This document shows, one piece after another, positions 57,536-64,000 of a DNA stretch of 64,000 nucleotides (position 1 is the first letter of the stretch; each line of letters starts with the position of its first letter). A model generated the notes under the pieces. That model was not told where the DNA came from. It saw only the letters and a list, made by a program, of their open reading frames with translations, and did no database searches. Origin of the DNA: Verrucomicrobiota bacterium (lineage in GTDB: Bacteria > Verrucomicrobiota > Verrucomicrobiia > Verrucomicrobiales > V1-33); contig JAZKDC010000027.1 of NCBI GenBank assembly GCA_040387795.1, positions 85,845 to 149,844 on the forward strand, written 5' to 3'. A program made the position numbers and the translations under genes.

Positions 57536-57810
57536 TCAGGGGAGGCCCATGGCCGGGGCACGGCAAGTTCAGGATTCCGGCGGCCAGGCTCATGGATTTT
57601 AGCAGGGTGCTGCCGTTTCTTAGTGGGAAATCCCAAGGCTGTAAAATCCAATCTGCCAAAACCCGCCCGGACGTCTGCCGGACAGTCAAGGCCGGGGTGG
57701 ACGAGGCTCCGGCCGAGTCGCATAGCATTGGTAACCAAAGCCTCCGGAAAGCCATCCAGCCGGAACCCGGCAGGAGCCTCGTCCACCCCGGGGCCCTTCA
57801 TGGGCCGGGC

Positions 57811-59343
57811 TCAGCCACCGGTTCCGCGTCCGAAGGGGTTCCCGGCCTGCTGGTAGAGGGCCATTTGCTCCGGTGTCAGAATGGCCTTGAGAGCGTCCTG
57901 ACGGTCAGCCCAGCGGGCGGCCACGGCCTCCTGGATGGCATCCGCCTCTTTGGCAGGATCCAGGACGGGCAGCATGGACTCTCTGGACGCAATTTCCGAA
58001 AAGGCGGCAAAGGCCTGGTCCTTTTGCTCCGGGGAGAGGGTCGTCATGGACTGCAGGTTGGAGAGCTCGCGGTTCGCGACCGCTTCCAGGGCATTGGCCT
58101 TTTCTTCCGCAAGGAAGGACTCGTATTCCTCCTGCTGACCGGCGGTGAGGGAAGCGCTGATGGCGTCGTCCATTCTCTTAACATCTTCCGGAGTCGCCTT
58201 CGTTACCATGACATTGGGTGGGGAAACCTTCATTTTGGATTGCCCGTATTCGAGCGCTTGGGCGATCCTGGTCTCCTGCTCCGGCGTGAGGGAGAGGCGC
58301 TTTCCCAGAACGGCGAGCTTTTCCTTCACTTTTCCGCGGTTCAGGGCATCAAAGTCCATGGGGCTGCCTTTATCCATCATCGGGCCGGAGCTGCTGGAGG
58401 ATTCCGCCGGAGGGGCCTCCGGCAAGTCCTGGAGTTTGGCAGGAACGGCATCTGCAGAGCCCCTTTCCCCGGCAAAGACAGCGACAGGAGTCTTTTTCGG
58501 GGCGGGAACGGACGCCCTTTGCTGCAGGGACTGGTTTTCCTCCTGCAGGGCGGCGATCCGCTGCTGCTGGTAGACCATCGGGGCGGCGGCGGCGATGACG
58601 AGGGCGGCAGCGAGGGCGACTTTCGTTTTTGTGGTCATGACGGAGGTAGCTAGGGCGGTGGAGGCGGCACCGGTGGCGGTGGGGACCTGGGTGGCGGAGA
58701 TGATTTTCAGGACTGTGGCGGCGGGCAGATCGCGGGGGACGGTGCCTGCCAGCACGGCGGAGAGGGCCCCGGCGGTGCTGGTGATGCCGCGCCGGGCGAG
58801 GATGCGGCGCAGGCGCTCCAGCGCGCGGTTCATGCGCTTTTGCGCGGCATCATCGCTCAATCCGAAAGTCCTTCCGATGCTGCGCCAGTTCTGCTGCTGC
58901 CAGAAGCGCATAAGGAGCAGCTGACTGTCCTGCGGCGGGAGTTTGCTGAGGGCCCCATCGATTTCCGGAGTCAGTTCGTGTCCGCCGTCCCCGGCGTCCG
59001 GTGCAGCAGGTTCTGGCGTGTCCATCATGAGATGTTGCGAAGTTTCCTCCCGGCGCCGCCGGCGCGCCTCATGCCGCAGGGCATCCAGGGTAAGACCCGT
59101 GGCCGCGGCGTGCAGCCATGCCCCGAGCGCGCGGGCGTCCTTCACCTTTTCGGGCGCAGCGGCGAGACGTGAGAAAACGGTCTGCGTGATGTCCTCCGCC
59201 AGCGCATCCTGACCACGGGCGATGCGCAAGGCCGTGGCGTAGACCATGCCGGTCCAGCCCGTCACCAGTTCCCGGAACGCGGTCCCGCAACGGGTGGCCG
59301 CGTAGGCGCGCAGGAGTTCGTGGGACCGTTCGGGAGAGATCAT
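57811..59343 (-). CDS. ECF-type sigma-70 factor fused to a C-terminal transmembrane/coiled-coil/extracytoplasmic extension (paralog of 19986..21494).
   Basis: Region 2: ELLRAYAATRCGTAFRELVTGWTGMVYATALRIA. Region 4: QLLLMRFWQQQNWRSIGRTFGLSDDAAQKRMNRALERL. A TM helix MTTKTKVALAAALVIAAAAPMVY and a coiled coil (RIAALQEENQSLQQR) follow in the same ORF. Confidence 0.7.
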   Translation of the reverse strand: MISPERSHELLRAYAATRCGTAFRELVTGWTGMVYATALRIARGQDALAEDITQTVFSRLAAAPEKVKDARALGAWLHAAATGLTLDALRHEARRRRREETSQHLMMDTPEPAAPDAGDGGHELTPEIDGALSKLPPQDSQLLLMRFWQQQNWRSIGRTFGLSDDAAQKRMNRALERLRRILARRGITSTAGALSAVLAGTVPRDLPAATVLKIISATQVPTATGAASTALATSVMTTKTKVALAAALVIAAAAPMVYQQQRIAALQEENQSLQQRASVPAPKKTPVAVFAGERGSADAVPAKLQDLPEAPPAESSSSSGPMMDKGSPMDFDALNRGKVKEKLAVLGKRLSLTPEQETRIAQALEYGQSKMKVSPPNVMVTKATPEDVKRMDDAISASLTAGQQEEYESFLAEEKANALEAVANRELSNLQSMTTLSPEQKDQAFAAFSEIASRESMLPVLDPAKEADAIQEAVAARWADRQDALKAILTPEQMALYQQAGNPFGRGTGG

Positions 59344-59612
59344 ACTTCGCTTTTCCTATAGTCGGCACGGCGGCGGCCCTTCCGACAAAAAAGTTCACGG
59401 GAGAGCTTAACCCGTTACGGGCGGAAGGCCAAGGGCAGCACCAGCCCGGCCGGACCGCGGATGAGCGCCCAGGAGCTTTTCCCGGTGACGGCAAGGCGTC
59501 ACACTCGTTACCCTGGATCTGACCCGCCACCCCGGGGAAGGCGGCCCGCGAATCGTTCAACCACCGTTATCATCGGGGCTGCGCCCGACGATCACCATGG
59601 TCATTAGGCGCT

Positions 59613-59921
59613 TTATTCATCTTTCAGGAAAGACTTGGTGAGAACAAATGCCTCAGTCTCGCTTCCGCAAACAATCGAACTGCGCGCTTCGCTCCAACTG
59701 GGGTAAGCCCACTGAGGATCTCCATCTTTTTTCTTCAGAAACTCCAAGACAAAGTGGGCACTCTTCTTCTTTACGACGCAGAGGTGGTCGCCTTCGCGCA
59801 CGATACCGACAATTTCCGGATGCGCGCTCAGGTCCTTGGCATCCCAGAAGATCGCACCATCAAGCAGTCCGTCTTTGGGGTAATCGGTGAACATTTTCTT
59901 ACGACTAACGTTCAAGCACAC
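59613..59921 (-). CDS. Small hypothetical protein, low-GC islet.
   Basis: ~93-102 aa with protein-like composition. It is in a low-GC segment. Confidence 0.35.
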   Translation of the reverse strand: MCLNVSRKKMFTDYPKDGLLDGAIFWDAKDLSAHPEIVGIVREGDHLCVVKKKSAHFVLEFLKKKDGDPQWAYPSWSEARSSIVCGSETEAFVLTKSFLKDE

Positions 59922-60038
59922 CCACCCTCTGGGCGGGGAGGCGCGTCGAACGCAGAGTGAGGGTTGGAGTTAGAAAAAGGCAAGTGTGACACATCAGCCC
60001 AGAAGGTTGGGTGCCGCGGTTTGTCCGCCTTCGTTGGG

Positions 60039-60446
60039 TTACTGATTGCTGCCTTCGTCATACTTGTTGTTCCACCAGTTCACGGCATCAACGTGCTGAT
60101 CCAGAGAAATCCAAGTGATGTTCTGCGAGCTGGTCGGGTCGCCTCCAAAGATGAGGGGCTGAATATACCACTTCACTTGCCCTCGAATCTTTGGGTCGGG
60201 TTGTATCGCGGTCAGATCGATGTCAAAGGCAGTCTGACGAAGGTGCGTTGGGCGGGCGGGCACGGTAGGCAGGGTGAAGATTGTCCCGTCTGAGTCGCGG
60301 ACGATAAAATCATCCCAACTACAGAGTCCAATAATGGTGTATCCGGGCAAACGCCGATCCAACATGTATCTCTGAGTGATGCGCATGGCTTCCAACTGCT
60401 CATCGAACAGAATGAAATAGTCCTCGTTGTGCCAACCTTCGATCAT
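60039..60446 (-). CDS. Small hypothetical protein (135 aa), possibly SUKH/SMI1-KNR4-like immunity-type.
   Basis: Low-GC segment. The weak resemblance to SUKH-type immunity proteins (LPGYTIIGLCSWDDFIVRDSDGTIFTL...) is a low-confidence inference. Confidence 0.35.
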   Translation of the reverse strand: MIEGWHNEDYFILFDEQLEAMRITQRYMLDRRLPGYTIIGLCSWDDFIVRDSDGTIFTLPTVPARPTHLRQTAFDIDLTAIQPDPKIRGQVKWYIQPLIFGGDPTSSQNITWISLDQHVDAVNWWNNKYDEGSNQ

Positions 60447-60615
60447 GAGTTCTGCGAGCGGTGCGTTGAGTTCAACTAACGACCAAGCTCAGCGACCGCC
60501 GCCGGAAACGCCCGGTCGGCTGCAACAATCGCGAGCAAATTATCCGAACCGTCAAACTGCCCAGCGGGGCGGCGGTTAGCTGCAGCGTTCTGGTTCGGCC
60601 ACGTCATCGTCATAC

Positions 60616-61059
60616 TCACTTTTTTTCTACCGGGCCGACATCCATACCGTCATAGGACTCCAACTCAAACTTCTCTGCGAGCTTGTAGAATTCGGAGTTG
60701 CGGGCATGCAATGTCTGTGGTGTGTGCTTTTCAACTCGCTCGACATGGAGAAAGTGGGTGCTCTTGTCTTCCGTCTCAAAAAGTCTGACGAAACGATAGC
60801 CACCGTTCGTGAGTGGCTCGACTACACGCTCCAACTTCTTCGGGTCAGAATCCGTGAAGAAATAACCCCACAGCATCTCACCATCAACGTCCCACTTCGA
60901 CGTGGTGCGCATGTTGCTGAACATGTCCTCGATGGATTGCAGGGTAATTACAGTCTTCTGTTTTTGGTGTGTGGGCTGGGTTGGCGCTGGCTGCTTGCTG
61001 CATCCGCCGAAAAGAAATGAGAGTAATCCCATAATCACGATGAAGTGTCTTAGTGACAT
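60616..61059 (-). CDS. Small lipoprotein (147 aa), weak RraB-like/DUF695 resemblance.
   Basis: Lipobox LLSFLFGGCS. Low-GC segment. Confidence 0.4.
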   Translation of the reverse strand: MSLRHFIVIMGLLSFLFGGCSKQPAPTQPTHQKQKTVITLQSIEDMFSNMRTTSKWDVDGEMLWGYFFTDSDPKKLERVVEPLTNGGYRFVRLFETEDKSTHFLHVERVEKHTPQTLHARNSEFYKLAEKFELESYDGMDVGPVEKK

Positions 61060-61323
61060 GAGCGCGTGGAGTGGCCTAACTACTGATTCACCGACAGGAT
61101 TGCAGGAGAGTGCTCAACCTTATCTCCAGCAGGAATGTCGGGGGAATACGGAATCATGGGCTTGCGGGTGGAAATGGGTGCTGGATTTCCTGCATGGTGA
61201 GGGCAATGCCGCAAAGATGCCAGAAAAACCTCCAAAGACGGCAGAAACCGGGATGTCGATTTTCACCAAGGCGTCGGGTGCCGGGGCCGGTGGGGGTGAA
61301 GCTGGAGGATCGGCTTAGGGGAA

Positions 61324-61550
61324 CCCCTTTGGACTGCGGGCAGCCTTGCTGCCGCTTTCCGCAGGCAGCCTTGCTGCCGTAGAGCGTGGCTATGCTTCCT
61401 GCTGGTTTGGATCTTTGGCATAGTCCATCTTTGACACGGTGCCGGATGGCTTCCTCCGGGGCCCGGCGTGAGGGGAAGGTCTGCCCTGGTCCGACGCCAG
61501 CAGGGCTGGCTGGAGAAAGCGGCAGCAAGGCTGCCCGCAGTCCAAAGGGG
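61324..61550. repeat. 36-bp perfect inverted repeat pair (61324-61359 / 61515-61550) flanking a 155-bp spacer. It may be a MITE-like element or a structured RNA.
   Basis: cccctttggactgcgggcagccttgctgccgctttc is exactly reverse-complemented as gaaagcggcagcaaggctgcccgcagtccaaagggg. The spacer begins with a second direct copy of cagccttgctgccg. Each arm contains a small internal palindrome gcagc-ctt-gctgc. Confidence 0.85.
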
Positions 61551-61933
61551 CAGTGCCCCGGAAGCTCTCCCCCCGGCCACCCGGGCTCTTTGCTGAAAAT
61601 GAAAACCCCGCCGCCATGAGCACCAGGCGACGGGCCCACGCTCGCCAGCGCCCTGTCAGTGACTGCCATATCACGGATAGGAGCACCGGAACGCCGTGCG
61701 GGACCTGCTGTTAAAAATGTTGCCCCATTTGGTGCCGGCGTTCATCAAGTGGAGGCCTCCCTGTGGTCAACAGGTTGGGTCCAAGTGATCACGGGAGCCC
61801 GCCTGTTGATCACGAAAAGGCGGACTCTTGATGAAGAGGAGGTCAACTCGTGGTCACGAAATGGGATAATACGGGGCCACTTTTTCCAGTTTGGTCGAAT
61901 CTGGTCAGGAAGGATGCGGCATTCCATCAGGGC

Positions 61934-62299
61934 TCATGCAAGCTCTGGCGGCCACTGCCGGAACACGACACATACTCCGGTCCGGTCCAGCAGGGAGAAT
62001 TCCAAAGCGCCCCAGGGGCGCTTGGTGACCCGGGGGAGGTTGGGGTGGAGCAGGTCGGGCCGCCGGGTGGAGATGTCCTGGTGGATCCCGTCGATGTTGT
62101 CGGTCTCGATGGCGATCTCCGGCCGGTCCTTGGCGGCATCCTCCGGACTTTCCATGACGTAGGCCTTCGCGCCATCCCGGCCCACGACGGCCAAGGTGGC
62201 GTCCTGGTGGAGCACGGTGAAGCCCAGGCCATTCACGAAGAGGTCGAGTCCTTCCTCCATGTAGTTGAAGAAGATCTTGGGAATAAGTCGGAGCATCAT
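61934..62299 (-). CDS. VOC (glyoxalase/bleomycin-resistance) family protein.
   Basis: 121 aa. The beta-alpha-beta-beta-beta pattern and a family-like motif (FTVLHQD...) are present. It sits divergent to the ABC ATPase gene. Confidence 0.55.
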   Translation of the reverse strand: MMLRLIPKIFFNYMEEGLDLFVNGLGFTVLHQDATLAVVGRDGAKAYVMESPEDAAKDRPEIAIETDNIDGIHQDISTRRPDLLHPNLPRVTKRPWGALEFSLLDRTGVCVVFRQWPPELA

Positions 62300-62462
62300 A
62301 CGGGCGGTATTATGATTTTGATATGCGGCATCCCTGGCAGGGCTGCAAGAAAAACCTCAACGACTGGCGGGAAACGGGGGCGGGGCCGGACCGGTGATTT
62401 CGGGTGCCTGCCCGCTGGCGGGGGAGGGAAAGCCGTGTCTTCTTCCGGATCTGATTTCCGCC

Positions 62463-63263
62463 ATGCCCGCCCCTGCCCTGCTCCAAGTCGATCACCTGAC
62501 GATTTCCTTTCCGGTGATGCGGGGATGGTTCTTCCGGCGGGAGGAGCGGCGGGTGACGGCAGTGGATGATGTCTCTTTCACGGTGCCGGAGGGGAAAACG
62601 GTAGGACTGGTGGGGGAAAGCGGGTCGGGGAAAACGACGATTGCACGGGCGCTGGTGAAACTGCAAACGGCGACGGCGGGGCGGATGCTCTACCGGGGGC
62701 AGGATATCGTGCCGATGTGGGAGCATGACTTCCTGCCGCTGCGGAAGGAGATCCAGATGGTGTTCCAGGACCCGTTTGGCTCGCTGAATCCGCGCCTGAC
62801 GATCGGGCAGACGCTGGCGGAGCCGATGGAGATCCATTTCCCGGGGCGGACGGCGGCGGACCGGAGGGAGCGGGCGGCGGCGCTGCTGCAGAAGGTAGGG
62901 CTGAATCCTGACTACCTGGGGCGCCGGCCCCGGGAATTCAGCGGCGGGCAGCGGCAGCGGATCGGGATCGCGCGGGCGCTGGCGGTGGAGCCGCGGTTCA
63001 TCATCTGCGATGAGGCGGTGAGCGCGCTGGACGTGAGCATCCAGGCGCAAATCATCAATCTGCTCCAAGACCTGCAGGAGGAGCTGGGATTGACGTATTT
63101 ATTCATCGGCCACGATCTGGCGGTGGTGGAGCACATCAGCGATGAGATCCTGGTGCTGCATCACGGGAAGCTGGTGGAAAGCGGGCCGGCGGAGCAGGTG
63201 TGCCAAGCGCCGCAGCACGACTACACGAAGCGGCTGCTGGCAGCGGTGCCCACTCTGGGGTAG
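62463..63263 (+). CDS. ABC transporter ATP-binding protein (oligopeptide/dipeptide DppF/OppF type).
   Basis: Walker [13 protein letters not shown] signature [15 protein letters not shown], and Walker [13 protein letters not shown] are all present. The start is taken at [12 protein letters not shown]. The track start at 62394 adds 23 non-conserved residues. Confidence 0.85.
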   Translation: MPAPALLQVDHLTISFPVMRGWFFRREERRVTAVDDVSFTVPEGKTVGLVGESGSGKTTIARALVKLQTATAGRMLYRGQDIVPMWEHDFLPLRKEIQMVFQDPFGSLNPRLTIGQTLAEPMEIHFPGRTAADRRERAAALLQKVGLNPDYLGRRPREFSGGQRQRIGIARALAVEPRFIICDEAVSALDVSIQAQIINLLQDLQEELGLTYLFIGHDLAVVEHISDEILVLHHGKLVESGPAEQVCQAPQHDYTKRLLAAVPTLG

Positions 63264-63294
63264 CGAGCGCTTGCAGGAGCGGGGCAGTTAAGGG

Positions 63295-64000
63295 ATGATG
63301 GCGGCCGATCCACGCTCCGTGACCCCGCTTTTCCGCAAATTCCTAGGCCTGCACTGGATCCTCTTTGCCGCCATGGTCGTCATGGTCGCGATGGGGATCT
63401 ACTCCGTTTACGCGGCGGTGCATTTCCGCCCGGAGCCGGCCTTTTCCTCCCGGTGGAATGATCAGATCCGCTGGGTGCTGATCGGTTCGGTGTTCTTTTT
63501 CGGGGCCAGCCTGATCGACTACAAGTGGGTGCGCTGGGCTTCGGTGCCGCTCTATTTGGTGGGGCTGGGGCTGCTGGTGCTGCAAGGGCTGAAGGGCAAG
63601 GACGTCTACGGGCAGACGCTGTCGCTGACGATTGGCGGGGTGAGTTTTCAGGCAGCTCAGTTCGCCATCACGGCGACGATCATGCTGTTGGCGGTGATGC
63701 TGGGGGAAGGCCATAAATACATTCCGTGGCTGAAGCACTACATGGTGCGCTTTCTGTTGGGCGGGTTGATTTTTGCGGGACCGTTTTTGCTGGTGGTGAA
63801 GCAGGGGGATCTCGGGTCGGCCATGGTGCTGGTGCCGATCGTGGCGGCCATGCTGCTGGTGGGGAATATCCCGTTCCGCTGCCTGATCGCGGTGGCCCTG
63901 ATCGGACTGACGGTGCTGCCGCCGGTGTATTTTTTCGCGCTGAAGGACTACCAGCGGGCCCGGATCCAGGTCACCATCGACCTGCTGATGAACCGGCCGG
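63295..64000 (+). CDS. rodA: RodA/FtsW (SEDS family) peptidoglycan polymerase, C-terminus outside the window.
   Basis: Manual translation gives MMAADPRSVTPLFRKFLGLHWILFAAMVV...GDLGSAMVLVPIV... with no stop before the window end. It is multi-pass and SEDS-like. It is not listed on the ORF track because it is edge-truncated. Confidence 0.8.
   Translation, partial: MMAADPRSVTPLFRKFLGLHWILFAAMVVMVAMGIYSVYAAVHFRPEPAFSSRWNDQIRWVLIGSVFFFGASLIDYKWVRWASVPLYLVGLGLLVLQGLKGKDVYGQTLSLTIGGVSFQAAQFAITATIMLLAVMLGEGHKYIPWLKHYMVRFLLGGLIFAGPFLLVVKQGDLGSAMVLVPIVAAMLLVGNIPFRCLIAVALIGLTVLPPVYFFALKDYQRARIQVTIDLLMNRP

Noticed and set aside
1-64000. Search for CRISPR arrays, rRNA and tRNA genes.
   Set aside because: No regularly spaced direct repeats with unique spacers were seen. 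No rRNA-like conserved blocks were seen. None of the larger non-coding gaps (36034-36661, 41834-42171, 52800-52954, 59344-59612, 61060-61930) showed a convincing cloverleaf with T-loop GTTCRANYC and a 3' acceptor. A covariance-model search would be needed to be sure.

Overview
This 64-kb window is high-GC (about 62-65%), densely coded DNA with a Verrucomicrobia/Planctomycetes-like gene repertoire: sulfatase, DUF1080, FG-GAP, lamin-tail/CotH giant proteins, TAT-exported enzymes and ECF-sigma fusions. Many long ORFs on the track are antisense shadows typical of high-GC DNA. The real genes were identified by protein-like sequence and family motifs. The main content is listed below.

- **Purine catabolism, 1.2-5.6 kb:** a complete urate-catabolism module. 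It comprises divergent uricase, then OHCU decarboxylase, HIU hydrolase, allantoate amidohydrolase and allantoinase. The plus-strand genes have overlapping start/stop codons.
- **Organoarsenical-type operon, 5.6-10.4 kb, minus strand:** a tightly coupled five-gene operon. It encodes a DedA/TVP38 membrane protein, a fused DUF2064-type transferase 1 plus GT2-type transferase 2, an ArsM-like SAM methyltransferase, an unknown 151-aa protein, and an ArsS-like radical-SAM/Cys-rich protein. This is the rSAM/selenodomain-associated, arsenosugar-type system. It is the most interesting locus in the window.
- **10.4-36 kb:** the following genes, in order:
  - DUF1080 hydrolase-like protein
  - FHA-adenylate cyclase coupled to a membrane repeat protein
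  - CDF transporter
  - TAT FAD oxidoreductase
  - FG-GAP protein and MFS transporter
  - ECF-sigma/transmembrane fusion
  - sulfatase
  - DUF697-SHOCT protein
  - enolase-superfamily enzyme and MFS transporter
  - an 822-aa U32 peptidase
  - SPFH/flotillin protein
  - TAT sugar-phosphate isomerase and PD40 propeller protein
- **36.6-50.3 kb:** two paralogous giant secreted lamin-tail-domain/CotH proteins of about 1700 and 1600 aa, in convergent orientation. They flank purB and a frameshifted repeat-protein gene.
- **50.3-64 kb:** the following genes, in order:
  - hypothetical protein
  - VIT1/CCC1 family transporter
  - alpha/beta hydrolase
  - hypothetical membrane proteins
  - a multidomain redoxin/c-heme/DBH-like protein
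  - MBL-fold hydrolase
  - a second ECF-sigma fusion paralog
  - a low-GC islet of small genes
  - VOC protein
  - ABC ATPase
  - a truncated RodA/FtsW gene at the window end
- **Non-genic oddities:**
  - a low-GC 1.27-kb insertion bracketed by about 215-bp direct repeats that duplicate the U32 promoter and 5' end
  - 36-bp perfect inverted repeats flanking a 155-bp spacer
  - a 10-bp tandem repeat in a 5' leader
  - a 16-bp perfect inverted repeat in an AT-rich gap

No rRNA, tRNA or CRISPR array was recognisable by eye. One further gene, for a secreted protein, is truncated at the window start.
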